From NCBI GenBank assembly GCA_021813825.1, contig JAKAJI010000001.1, positions 1-48,415 on the forward strand: a stretch of DNA of 48,415 bases, read 5' to 3'. This document shows positions 1 to 8,930 of this stretch, in pieces; within the stretch, counting starts at the first letter, position 1, and each line of letters opens with the position of its first letter. The notes below the pieces were generated by a model. It searched no databases. It was given only the letters and a program-made list of their open reading frames with translations, and had not been told where the DNA came from. This DNA is from Acidobacteriota bacterium. Its GTDB lineage: Bacteria; Acidobacteriota; Terriglobia; Bryobacterales; Bryobacteraceae. The translations under genes and the position numbers were made by a program.

Positions 1-1
1 T

Positions 2-1129
2 TTCTACGACTACTTCGAACGGACGTTCGGATGGAGCCGTTCGCAGATTACGCTGGGATTCCCGCTGGCGGCGCTGCTGACCATCTGGGCCGGGCCGCTG
101 CTTGTTCCGAAGTTCAGCCCGCGGAAGCTGATCCTGGTTGGCCTGACGCTGACGACGATCGCGTTGGCTGGCTTTTCGCGGATGGGCGGTTCGCTTTCGC
201 TGTACTACACGCTGTGGGTGGTTTACACGGTGGGCTACATCGCTGCCGGGCCGATTCCGCACCAGATCATCGTTTCGCACTGGTTTCGGAAGAAGCGCGG
301 GACCGCGATGGGAATTGTGTATGTTGGCGTGGGGCTGCTGGGTTCGGTGGGATCGCTGATGGTGAAGCCGCTGACGGCTTCGCTTGGATTCCGCAATGCC
401 CTGCTCTGCCTGGCGCTGATGTTGTTCGCGGCATGGCCCGTGGTGCTGTTCGTGCTGCGGGACCGGCCGGCGGACATGGGCCTGTTTCCGGACGGCGATG
501 CGGCGCCGCCAGCGGAAGCATCGCTTAAACCGGAAAGCTTCGGCAAGCTGTTTAAGAGCTATGCGTTCTGGCTGCTGCTGATCGGGAGTTTTTGTTCGAT
601 CGGGTCGATCGGCGCGGTGAACTTCCACATGAAGTTCGTGTTCCTGGACCAGGGGTTCCGTGCGGGCGAACAACTGGATTCGACGTGGCGGACGGCTTCG
701 GTGCTGATTTTGTGGTCGAGCATTATCGGGCGGCTGTCGATCGGATTTCTGGCGGACAAGTTCTCGAAGAAGTACGTGATGCTGGCGACGTATTTCATCG
801 TGGCGGCGACGATTCCGCTGCTCCGGGGGGTGCACCCGCCCGGTCAGCCGTATGCGTTCGCGGTTTTGTTTGGCCTGGCGATGGGGGCCGACTACATGCT
901 GATTCCGCTGATGGCGGCCGAGGAGTTTGGCGTGAACACGCTGGGGCGTGCGATGGCGGTAATTCTTCCGGTGAACACGATCGGCCAGACTTGGTTTCCG
1001 TATTTCGTCTCCGTAGTACGGGACCGCTCGCCAAACTACACGGTCGCGATGGGACTGGTGTTCGCGGTGGCGATTGCGGGGGCGGCGGCGATTGCGCTGT
1101 TGCCGCGCAAGGCTGCTCTGGTAGAGTGA
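2..1129 (+). CDS. MFS transporter (5' end lies outside the window)
   Basis: The frame is open from nt 2 with no stop, so the 164 start in the ORF track is only an internal TTG. The product is polytopic and hydrophobic with MFS-like loops (HWFRKKRGTAMG) and high GC3. Confidence 0.8.
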   Translation, partial: FYDYFERTFGWSRSQITLGFPLAALLTIWAGPLLVPKFSPRKLILVGLTLTTIALAGFSRMGGSLSLYYTLWVVYTVGYIAAGPIPHQIIVSHWFRKKRGTAMGIVYVGVGLLGSVGSLMVKPLTASLGFRNALLCLALMLFAAWPVVLFVLRDRPADMGLFPDGDAAPPAEASLKPESFGKLFKSYAFWLLLIGSFCSIGSIGAVNFHMKFVFLDQGFRAGEQLDSTWRTASVLILWSSIIGRLSIGFLADKFSKKYVMLATYFIVAATIPLLRGVHPPGQPYAFAVLFGLAMGADYMLIPLMAAEEFGVNTLGRAMAVILPVNTIGQTWFPYFVSVVRDRSPNYTVAMGLVFAVAIAGAAAIALLPRKAALVE

Positions 1130-1134
1130 ACCTC

Positions 1135-2445
1135 ATGCTTCGGCTGACGATTCTTGCGGTTCTGCTGGTTCCTTTTTCCTGGGCGGCGACGAAGCCCGTG
1201 GTGGTTCGCGCGGCGCGGATGTTCGATTCCGTGCATGGGCGCATCGTGTCGCCAGGCGTGGTGGTGGTGAGCGATGGGAAGATCGCGGCCGTCGGAGCGG
1301 ACGCCAAGATTCCGGCCGGAGCCGAGACGGTGGACCTGGGCGATGCGACGCTGATGCCCGGGTTCATCGATGCGCACACGCACCTGTCGATGATGTACAG
1401 CGACGATTGGAAGCAGAACTTCATCGACGAACTACGCAAGCCGGTGCCCGAGCAAACGCTCGACGCCATCGCGAACCTGCGTGTGACGCTGATGGCGGGA
1501 TTTACGACGGTGCGGGATGTCGGCTCGGCGCACGAGATGGATGTGTCTTTGCGCGACGCGGCACGCGAAGGGCTCATTCCCGGGCCGCGGATGCTGGTGG
1601 CGGTTCATGCGATCGGGTCGACGGGCGGGCACTGCGACGACACGGCGGGATTCCGGCAGGGGCTGTTTGCGGAGCCGGGGCCGTCGGACGGGGTGATCAA
1701 CGGCCCGGACGATGCGCGGCGGGCGGTGCGGATTGCGGTGAAGTACGGCGCGGATGTGATCAAGACGTGCGCGACCGGCGGGGTGCTGTCGCTGACGGAC
1801 GAAGTGGACACGGCGCAGCTAAGCCAGGAGGAGATGAATGCGCTGGTGAGCGAGGCGCACTCGCTACACCGGAAGACGGCGGCGCACGCGCATGGGGCGA
1901 CGGGCGCCAAGCGGGCGATTCGCGCGGGGATCGATTCGATTGAGCATGGGTCGTTCCTCGACGATGAGGCGCTGCACATGATGAAGGAGCGGGGGACGTA
2001 TTTTGTGCCGACGCTGATGGCGCCGTGGTGGATTGGCGACCGGCTGGAGCATGGGATTTACTATCCGCCGGCGATTGCCGAGAAGGCGCGGGCGGCGATT
2101 CGCGCGGTGAATCAGACGTTCCAGAAGGCGCTCGAGATGGGGATTCAGATCGGGCTGGGCACGGACGCGGCGGTGTATCCGCACGGGCGGAACGCGCATG
2201 AATTTGTTTTGATGTCGGGGCTGGGGATGCGTCCGGAGGCGGCGCTTCAGGCGGGGACGATTGTGGATGCGAACCTGCTGGGCATCGCGAATGAGATTGG
2301 GTCGCTCGATGCGGGCAAGAGCGCGGATGTGGTGGCCGTGCCGGGGAATCCAGTGGATGACATCACGCGGGTGGAGCACGTATTTTTTGTGATGAAGCAG
2401 GGCGTGGTTTATCGCAACGACAAGGGGACGGCTACAGCCCGGTAG
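1135..2445 (+). CDS. Secreted amidohydrolase-superfamily metallohydrolase (imidazolonepropionase/prolidase-like)
   Basis: ATG 1135 lies 6 nt after the MFS stop. The N-terminus MLRLTILAVLLVPFSWA looks like a signal peptide. Motifs PGFIDAHTH, AAHAHG and SIEHG are present. The 592 start in the ORF track is an in-frame upstream artefact overlapping the MFS gene. Confidence 0.85.
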   Translation: MLRLTILAVLLVPFSWAATKPVVVRAARMFDSVHGRIVSPGVVVVSDGKIAAVGADAKIPAGAETVDLGDATLMPGFIDAHTHLSMMYSDDWKQNFIDELRKPVPEQTLDAIANLRVTLMAGFTTVRDVGSAHEMDVSLRDAAREGLIPGPRMLVAVHAIGSTGGHCDDTAGFRQGLFAEPGPSDGVINGPDDARRAVRIAVKYGADVIKTCATGGVLSLTDEVDTAQLSQEEMNALVSEAHSLHRKTAAHAHGATGAKRAIRAGIDSIEHGSFLDDEALHMMKERGTYFVPTLMAPWWIGDRLEHGIYYPPAIAEKARAAIRAVNQTFQKALEMGIQIGLGTDAAVYPHGRNAHEFVLMSGLGMRPEAALQAGTIVDANLLGIANEIGSLDAGKSADVVAVPGNPVDDITRVEHVFFVMKQGVVYRNDKGTATAR

Positions 2446-3223
2446 GGGCGAAGTGGTTGAGGGGTCCGGCGCCGTGGCCGAAGCCGGGGTTGGTTTCGAT
2501 GGCGCGGGTGATCCAGCGCTTGGCTTGCTCGACGGCGGGGACGAGAGGGACACCGAGGGCGAGCAGCGCGGTGATGGCGGCGGAATAGGTGCAGCCGGTG
2601 CCGTGGGTGTGGGGCGTCTGGATGCGCGGGGCGGGCAGTTCGAGGAAGCGGCCGTCCGTGAACAGGACGTCGACGGCGGGGCCCGAGAGATGGCCACCTT
2701 TGACGAGAACGTTTTTCGCGCCGGCGCCGGCGAGGGCGCGGGCGGCGTCGCGCATGGCTTCAACGGTTGAAACCGGGCGGCCCGTGAGGGCGGAGGCTTC
2801 GGAGAGATTGGGAGTGAGCAGCGCGGCCAGGGGAAGCAGGGCTTGCTTGAGCACATGGGCGGCGGCGTCGTCGAGCAGGGGGGCTCCGTGCTTGCTAATC
2901 ATCACGGGGTCGACAACAAGCGGGAAGGGGAAAGACGCGGCGGCGTGGGCGATGGCTTCGATGAGGGCGGCGTTGCCGAGCGCGCCGGTTTTTGCGGCTT
3001 GGGGAGGGATGTCGGAGACGACGGCCTCGATCTGGGCGGCGACGAGTTCGGGACGTAAAAGCTCGACGGCCGTCACGCCGGCCGTGTTTTGCACGGTAAC
3101 CAACGTGACGGCCGCCTCGCCGTAAACGCCGAACTGATGAAAGGTTTTGAGATCGGCCTGCAGGCCGGCACCGCCGCTCGGGTCTGAGCCGGCGATGGTG
3201 AGAGCCGCGGGCCGTGCCGCCAC
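2432..3223 (-). CDS. thiD: Hydroxymethylpyrimidine/phosphomethylpyrimidine kinase
   Basis: N-terminus LTIAGSDPSGGAGLQADLKTF and C-terminal THGTGCTYSAAI are ThiD hallmarks. GTG start. The 3' end overlaps the convergent amidohydrolase gene by 14 nt. Confidence 0.9.
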   Translation of the reverse strand: MAARPAALTIAGSDPSGGAGLQADLKTFHQFGVYGEAAVTLVTVQNTAGVTAVELLRPELVAAQIEAVVSDIPPQAAKTGALGNAALIEAIAHAAASFPFPLVVDPVMISKHGAPLLDDAAAHVLKQALLPLAALLTPNLSEASALTGRPVSTVEAMRDAARALAGAGAKNVLVKGGHLSGPAVDVLFTDGRFLELPAPRIQTPHTHGTGCTYSAAITALLALGVPLVPAVEQAKRWITRAIETNPGFGHGAGPLNHFAPTGL

Positions 3224-3225
3224 GG

Positions 3226-4194
3226 TTACTTCACCGGCGAAAGCAGCGAGGGCGTCGCCGGAGCTTTACCGAAGAAGTCGTCGTTGAGCTTGGTGGAGAC
3301 GGCTTCGCGAAGCTGGTCCGTTTCCTTCCGCGCTTCGTCGTTCTTGAGTTGGGACTCAATCGAGCTCTGGACCTCGCTCAGCGGCTTGAACTTGACCTCC
3401 TCGACTTCGATGATGTGATAGCCGAAGGGAGTCTTGACGGGGTCGCTGATTTTGCCGACCGGAAGGGCGAAGGCCGCGTTGGCAAAGTCCGGCACGTACT
3501 GGTTCTTGGCGGCGAAGCCGAGTTCCCCGCCCTTGGCGCCGGTGGCGGTGTCATCGGATTCGGCCTTGGCTTCGGCGGCAAAGTCGGCGCCGGCGTCGAG
3601 CTTCTTCTTGATGTCCTGGGCCTTGGCGAGCGCCTCTTCGGGCGTCAGGTCCTTGGCGCCCGGGCGGAGCGGCACGCGGGACCCCTTGTAGCGGACCAGG
3701 ATGTGGCGGATGCGATCTTCCTGGTAGTCGGCCTTATGCGCGTCGTAGTAGGACTGTACCTCGGCGGCGTCGACTTTGGCGGTGTCGCGCAGTTCCTGGA
3801 CGAGGAAACCGGCGAGCATCTGGTTGACCTGCAACTGGGTGATTTCCTGGACTTCGGGACGGTCGTTGATCTTGCGTTTCCTGGCTTCCTGGGCCAGGGC
3901 TTCAATCTCGGCGATCTGGGTGGCGACCTGGCGCTTGGCGGGGCCCATGGCCTGATTGCGCACGTTTTCGGGCATGGCCTTCAGGAGGTCTTCATACTGC
4001 TTGCGGGTCATTTGGATTGAGCCGACAGAGAGAACCACAGCGTCCTCCGGGACATTGGAGGACGGCAGCGGCTGAACTGCCTGACTGGGCGGCGCGGCGG
4101 TACCGGGGGCCGGACGGCCGGCCGGTGTGGACTGCGCGAACAACTGGCCCACGAGGAGTGCGGGCGCAACTAGGGGGAGAAAGCGGAACGTCAT
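3226..4194 (-). CDS. Periplasmic parvulin-type peptidyl-prolyl isomerase (SurA/PpiD-like)
   Basis: Signal peptide MTFRFLPLVAPALLVGQLFAQ. PpiC rotamase motifs HILV...GGELGF...FGYHIIEVEE. I prefer ATG 4194 over the upstream 4209 start. Confidence 0.8.
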   Translation of the reverse strand: MTFRFLPLVAPALLVGQLFAQSTPAGRPAPGTAAPPSQAVQPLPSSNVPEDAVVLSVGSIQMTRKQYEDLLKAMPENVRNQAMGPAKRQVATQIAEIEALAQEARKRKINDRPEVQEITQLQVNQMLAGFLVQELRDTAKVDAAEVQSYYDAHKADYQEDRIRHILVRYKGSRVPLRPGAKDLTPEEALAKAQDIKKKLDAGADFAAEAKAESDDTATGAKGGELGFAAKNQYVPDFANAAFALPVGKISDPVKTPFGYHIIEVEEVKFKPLSEVQSSIESQLKNDEARKETDQLREAVSTKLNDDFFGKAPATPSLLSPVK

Positions 4195-4230
4195 GGGGTA
4201 TCCCTTCAAGCATAGCGCGATTGGCGCCGG

Positions 4231-5553
4231 CTATGCGGAATTGCCAAGCGCGGGGGAGGAGAAGCGGGGATGGAGCACCGGGAGGAGCGGCTTTTCGACG
4301 AGCGTTTCGGGGCCGAGGCTTCCGATTTCGACTTCGACGATGCGGTTGGTGGGCCTGGGGTGGGCCAATTGAACCGGCAGGTAGTTGGCGGTGATGGCGC
4401 CGTCGCGGAGAGTGACGGCTGGAAGGCGGCGGCCTACCATGCGTTGGCGGAAGGCGTAGTTTTTCGCGGCGCTCAACTGGCGCAAGCGGCGCGCGCGTTC
4501 CCTTTTGACGGGCGGCGGGACCTGGTCCGGACTTTCCGAGGCGGGTGTGCCGGGGCGTTCGGAATAAGGGAAGACGTGGAGATAGGTGAATGGCAGGCTG
4601 TCGATGAATTGGAGGCTTTCCTCGAACTCGGCGTCGGTTTCGCCGGGGAAGCCAGCCATGACGTCGGCTCCGAAGGCGGCGTCGGGAAGGAGGGAGTAAG
4701 CGCGGTGGAGGCGCTGTTCGTAGTGGCGCGCGCGGTAGCGCCTGCGCATGCGGCGGAGGACGGTGTCGGAGCCCGACTGCAGCGGGGCATGGACGTGGGG
4801 CGCGATGCGGGGGGTTGCGGCCATGAGGTCGAGGAGGGCGTCGCTGAAGTCCATCGGCTCGACGGAACTGAGGCGGAGAAGGCGGATGGGGGTTTCGTCG
4901 AGCAGACGGCGGAGGAGGTCGACGAGGCGGAGCGTTGAGCCTCGCTCGCGGCCCCAGCGGCCGAGATTGATGCCGCTCAGGACGATTTCGGGGTGGTCGT
5001 GGGCCAGGTCGCGGACCCGCGCGACGACGTCATCGGGCGCAGCGCTGCGGCTCGGCCCGCGGACAGTGGGGATGATGCAGAAAGTGCAGAGGTTATTGCA
5101 GCCGTCCTGGATTTTGAGAGTTGGGCGGGTGCGGCCGGAGCCGGCGTCGTGGGCGAGGAGTTCGAAGGGGCCGAAAGCGCCCGCGAGGTGAATCTGGCCG
5201 TGATAGGGGGCTTCGGGGGGCGGGGCGGCGATGTCGGGAATCCGGGACTTGGCGTCGTTGCCGACGACCCAGGTGACGCCTTCGAGGGCGGCGATTTCCT
5301 GGGGGCAGCGCTGGGCGAAACAGCCGGTGACCAGGATGCGGGCCGAAGGGTTTTCGCGGTGGGCTCGGCGGACAGCGTGGCGCAGGTCATCATCGGCGGA
5401 ACTGGTTACGGTGCAGGAGTTGAGGATGACGAGGCCGGCTTCGGCGGCGGTGAAAGCGGGGGTCAGGCCACGAGTTTCGAGGGCTGAGCCGATTTCGGCG
5501 CCGTCTGCCTGGGAGGCGCGGCAGCCGAAGCTTTGAATGAAAAAGCTTTCCAA
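4231..5553 (-). CDS. mtaB: Radical-SAM methylthiotransferase, MtaB-like (tRNA t6A37 methylthiolation)
   Basis: N-terminal UPF0004 motif FGCRASQADG. Radical SAM cluster motif CNNLCTFCIIP. C-terminal TRAM-like region. TTG start. Confidence 0.8.
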   Translation of the reverse strand: MESFFIQSFGCRASQADGAEIGSALETRGLTPAFTAAEAGLVILNSCTVTSSADDDLRHAVRRAHRENPSARILVTGCFAQRCPQEIAALEGVTWVVGNDAKSRIPDIAAPPPEAPYHGQIHLAGAFGPFELLAHDAGSGRTRPTLKIQDGCNNLCTFCIIPTVRGPSRSAAPDDVVARVRDLAHDHPEIVLSGINLGRWGRERGSTLRLVDLLRRLLDETPIRLLRLSSVEPMDFSDALLDLMAATPRIAPHVHAPLQSGSDTVLRRMRRRYRARHYEQRLHRAYSLLPDAAFGADVMAGFPGETDAEFEESLQFIDSLPFTYLHVFPYSERPGTPASESPDQVPPPVKRERARRLRQLSAAKNYAFRQRMVGRRLPAVTLRDGAITANYLPVQLAHPRPTNRIVEVEIGSLGPETLVEKPLLPVLHPRFSSPALGNSA

Positions 5554-5594
5554 GGTATTGATTATAAAGGAAGCGCTGAACGGCAGCGAGCGGC

Positions 5595-5622
5595 TAAAGT
5601 TTGTGTGGGGTGAGGCCGATAG
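5595..5622 (+). promoter_or_regulatory. Sigma-28 (FliA)-type promoter candidate for fliM
   Basis: TAAAGTTT (5595-5602), a 12-nt spacer, then GCCGATAG (5615-5622). The enterobacterial consensus is TAAAGTTT-N11-GCCGATAA. The -10 element ends 8 nt before ATG 5631. Confidence 0.45.
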
Positions 5623-5630
5623 TCCGGGAG

Positions 5631-6596
5631 ATGGTGGAACGGGTACTTTCGCAGGAGGAGATCGACTCGGCGTTTCGCGCTTTGCGGGACGGCGGGGGTC
5701 AGCCGGACCTGAGCCAGCGGGCCCGGCCTTATGATTTCCGGCGGCCGGACCGGATCGCCAAGGACCAGTTACGGGCGATTCATGTGCTGCACGAGAATTT
5801 CGCGCGGTCGATCGCTTCGAGTCTTTCGGCCTATCTGCGCGCGTACATGATGGCGAACCTGGTTTCGGTGGAGCAGCTCTCCTTCATGGAGTTCACGCAC
5901 TGCCTGCCGTCGCCGAGTTTTCTGGTGGCGCTGGGCATGAAGCCCTACGAAGGCAGCGCGGTGCTGGAGATCAACCCGGCGCTGGCGTTTCCGATTCTCG
6001 AGATGCTGCTGGGGGGGAGCGGGAAGACCGGCACGCGGATCACGAGGGAGGTGACCGAGATCGAGCAGAGCATTCTCGAAGGGGTGCTGCGGCTGATTCT
6101 GCACGACCTGCGGCAGGCGTGGCAGAGCGTGGCGTCGCTCGATTTCTCGATCCAGAATTACGAAACCGAACCACAGTTGCTGCAGATCCTGGCGCCGAAC
6201 GAGGCGGTGGTGGCGATTTCGATCGAAGTTCGGCTGGGCGATGTATCGGGGATGATGAACCTGGGCATTCCGTCGATCATTGTGAAGATGCTGCGGCAGA
6301 AGTTCGACCAGCAGTGGTCGGTGAGGAAGTCGGGCAGCAACGAAGACGAGCAGGCGAGGCTGCTGCGGTTGATCAAGCCGGCGAAGATGCGGCTGGACGC
6401 GAGGCTGCAAGGGCCGACGCTTCGCGCCTCCGACCTGCTGGATCTGCAACCGGGGGATCTGCTCGAGTTCGACCACGGGGTCGAGAGGCCGATCGACCTT
6501 CTCATCAACGGGAAGCTGAAGTTCAAGGGATCGCTGGCGGCTTCCGGGCAGAAGAAGGCTTTCGCGATCGAAAAGCAGTATCACCCGGCCGAGTGA
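5631..6596 (+). CDS. fliM: Flagellar motor switch protein FliM
   Basis: N-terminal CheY-P binding-type motif LSQEEIDSAF. YDFRRPDRIAKDQLRAIHVLHENFARSIASSLSAYLR is a typical FliM middle domain. C-terminal SpoA/FliN-like domain (LLDLQPGDLLEFD...INGKLKFKG). The TTG at 5601 lies inside the putative promoter, so I prefer ATG 5631. Confidence 0.85.
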   Translation: MVERVLSQEEIDSAFRALRDGGGQPDLSQRARPYDFRRPDRIAKDQLRAIHVLHENFARSIASSLSAYLRAYMMANLVSVEQLSFMEFTHCLPSPSFLVALGMKPYEGSAVLEINPALAFPILEMLLGGSGKTGTRITREVTEIEQSILEGVLRLILHDLRQAWQSVASLDFSIQNYETEPQLLQILAPNEAVVAISIEVRLGDVSGMMNLGIPSIIVKMLRQKFDQQWSVRKSGSNEDEQARLLRLIKPAKMRLDARLQGPTLRASDLLDLQPGDLLEFDHGVERPIDLLINGKLKFKGSLAASGQKKAFAIEKQYHPAE

Positions 6597-7891
6597 TTCC
6601 TGCCGGTACGCGTGATCAGGCGCGCGCCGCGGTTGAAGGTCAGGTAGAGAAAGCCCCACTGCAGGAAGACGAGCAGGCGGTTTGAGAACTCGACGATGTA
6701 CATCAGGTGAATGAAGAGCCAGATGAGCCAGGCGGGGAAGCCGGAGAACTGCATGCCGAAGATGTCGGCGACGGCGGCGGCGCGGCCGATGACGGCGAGT
6801 TGGCCTTTGTCCCGGTAACGGAACGGGGCGAGGGGCGCTTGGCCGCGGAGACGGCGTTCGATCTGCCTGGCGGCGTAGTCACCTTGCTGCATGGCGACCT
6901 GGGCGACGCCGGGCAACGGCGCCCCGGTTTCGTTGGTGACGTAGGCGAGGTCTCCGATGACGAAGATTTCGGGATGGCCGGGGAGGGTGAGGTCGGCTAG
7001 CACGGCGACTTGCCCGTTAGGGCCCAGCGATGCGCCGGCCTGGCGAGCGAGAACGGCGCCGAAACTCGATCCACGAACCCCGGCGGCCCAGATCACCGTT
7101 CGCGCGGCGATCCTTTCGGGACCGGTTCGGGTCTGCACGTCGACGCCGCACTCGTCGATGTTCACGACGCGGACGCCGGTGCGGGCCCGCACGCCTTCCT
7201 CGATGAGCAGGCGCTCGGCCGCGGCGGAAAGGCGGGGCGGAAACGGGGGCAGCACGCGGTCCGATCCGTCGAGGAGGAGGATTTCGGCCTCTTCGGGGCG
7301 GATGCGGCGGAAATCGTGGCGGAGGGTGTCGTGGGCGATTTCCCCGAGGGCTCCGGCCAACTCGACGCCGGTGGCTCCGGCGCCGACGACGACAAAGGTG
7401 AGCCATTCTTTGCGGCGCTGCGGGTCTTCTTCGCGCTCGGCGACCTCGAAGGCGTGCAGGATGCGGCTGCGGATCATCGTCGCTTCTTCGACGGTTTTCA
7501 GGCCTGCGGCGGCTTCGCGCCAGGCATCGTGGCCGAAGTAGGTGGTTTCGGAGCCGGTGGCTACGATGAGCGAGTCATACTCGAGCCGGCCGTCGGAAAG
7601 GATGAGGAGGCGGCGAGTGGCGTCGAGATCGACGGCTTCCCCGAGCAGGACGCGGGTGTTGCGCTGGCGGCGCAAGACGGCGCGGAGGGGGGAAGCGATC
7701 TCGCCGGGGGAGAGCGCCCCGGTAGCCACCTGGTAGAGCAGGGGCTGGAAGAGGTGGAAATTGCGGCGGTCGACGAGGGTGAGTTCGACGGGGGCGCGGC
7801 CGAGCGCGCGGGCGGCGTAGAGGCCGCCGAATCCGCCTCCGAGAATCAGGACACGATGCGCAGCCACCGTAGTTCTCCTCTCCGCTTTCAT
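6581..7891 (-). CDS. ndh: Type II NADH:quinone oxidoreductase (NDH-2)
   Basis: Two dinucleotide folds ([15 protein letters not shown] and [15 protein letters not shown]). Hydrophobic C-terminal anchor. I prefer the ATG 7891 start (MKAERR...); the longer ORF would overlap the divergent AKR gene. The 3' end overlaps fliM by 16 nt. Confidence 0.85.
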   Translation of the reverse strand: MKAERRTTVAAHRVLILGGGFGGLYAARALGRAPVELTLVDRRNFHLFQPLLYQVATGALSPGEIASPLRAVLRRQRNTRVLLGEAVDLDATRRLLILSDGRLEYDSLIVATGSETTYFGHDAWREAAAGLKTVEEATMIRSRILHAFEVAEREEDPQRRKEWLTFVVVGAGATGVELAGALGEIAHDTLRHDFRRIRPEEAEILLLDGSDRVLPPFPPRLSAAAERLLIEEGVRARTGVRVVNIDECGVDVQTRTGPERIAARTVIWAAGVRGSSFGAVLARQAGASLGPNGQVAVLADLTLPGHPEIFVIGDLAYVTNETGAPLPGVAQVAMQQGDYAARQIERRLRGQAPLAPFRYRDKGQLAVIGRAAAVADIFGMQFSGFPAWLIWLFIHLMYIVEFSNRLLVFLQWGFLYLTFNRGARLITRTGRNHSAG

Positions 7892-7949
7892 TTTCGGGCA
7901 GGGTGGGGACGGCGGGAGGGAAAGTTTCCTATCCTGTGAGTTGCTCATC

Positions 7950-8918
7950 ATGAACTACCGCAAACTTGGCAGGACGAATTGGGAAGTCAGCGAAATCGGA
8001 TATGGCGCCTGGGGCATCGGCGGGACGCAGTGGCTCGGCGGGACCGACGACGAGTCGGTGCGGGCGGTGCGCCGCGCGCTGGAGCTCGGGCTCAATTTCA
8101 TCGACACGGCGCTGGCCTACGGCGACGGGCACAGCGAGCGGCTGGTGGGGCAGATTGTGCGCGAGTCGGGCCGGAAGGTGACGATTGCGACGAAGGTGCC
8201 GCCGAAGAACCGCGTTTGGCCGGCGCAACCCGGCGTGGGGATCAAGGACGTTTTCCCGTACGACTACATCGTGGGCTCGACCGAGCAGAGCCTGCGGAAC
8301 CTGGGCGTCGAGACAATCGACCTGCAGCAGTTGCACGTGTGGAACCCGGAGTGGGTCGAGCGGGAAGAATGGAAGCGGGCGTTCGAGGACTTGAAGCGGT
8401 CCGGCAAGGTGCGGGCCGTGGGCATTTCGATCAACGACCATCAGCCGGACTCGGCGCTGGCCATCATCCGGACCGGACTGATCGAGACGGTCCAGGTGAT
8501 TTACAACATCTTCGACCAGAGTCCGGAGGAGAACCTGTTTCCGCTGTGCCGCGAGAGGAACATCGGCGTGATTGCGCGGGTTCCGCTCGATGAGGGGAGC
8601 CTGACGGGATCGATTACGGAAGAAACGGTCTTCGAGCCGGGCGAATTCCGGGCGTGGTACTTCCGGGGCGACCGGAAGAAGCAGGTGGTGGAGCGTGTGG
8701 AGGCTCTGCGGAAGGACCTGGCAGGAGTCGAAGGCGAACTGGCTCAGACGGCGCTGCGGTTCTGCCTGAGCCATCCGGCGGTCACGAGTGTCATTCCGGG
8801 CATGCGGCGCGTGAAGACGGTGGAGAGCAGCATGCGGGCCTCTGCGCTGGGTCCGCTGAGCGACGATGTGCTCGCGATCCTCCGGCGCCACCGTTGGCAG
8901 CGGAATTTTTACGATTAG
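7950..8918 (+). CDS. Aldo/keto reductase
   Basis: [25 protein letters not shown]...[14 protein letters not shown] is the typical AKR N-terminus and catalytic region. Confidence 0.9.
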   Translation: MNYRKLGRTNWEVSEIGYGAWGIGGTQWLGGTDDESVRAVRRALELGLNFIDTALAYGDGHSERLVGQIVRESGRKVTIATKVPPKNRVWPAQPGVGIKDVFPYDYIVGSTEQSLRNLGVETIDLQQLHVWNPEWVEREEWKRAFEDLKRSGKVRAVGISINDHQPDSALAIIRTGLIETVQVIYNIFDQSPEENLFPLCRERNIGVIARVPLDEGSLTGSITEETVFEPGEFRAWYFRGDRKKQVVERVEALRKDLAGVEGELAQTALRFCLSHPAVTSVIPGMRRVKTVESSMRASALGPLSDDVLAILRRHRWQRNFYD

Positions 8919-8930
8919 GCGGCGCGCGCC

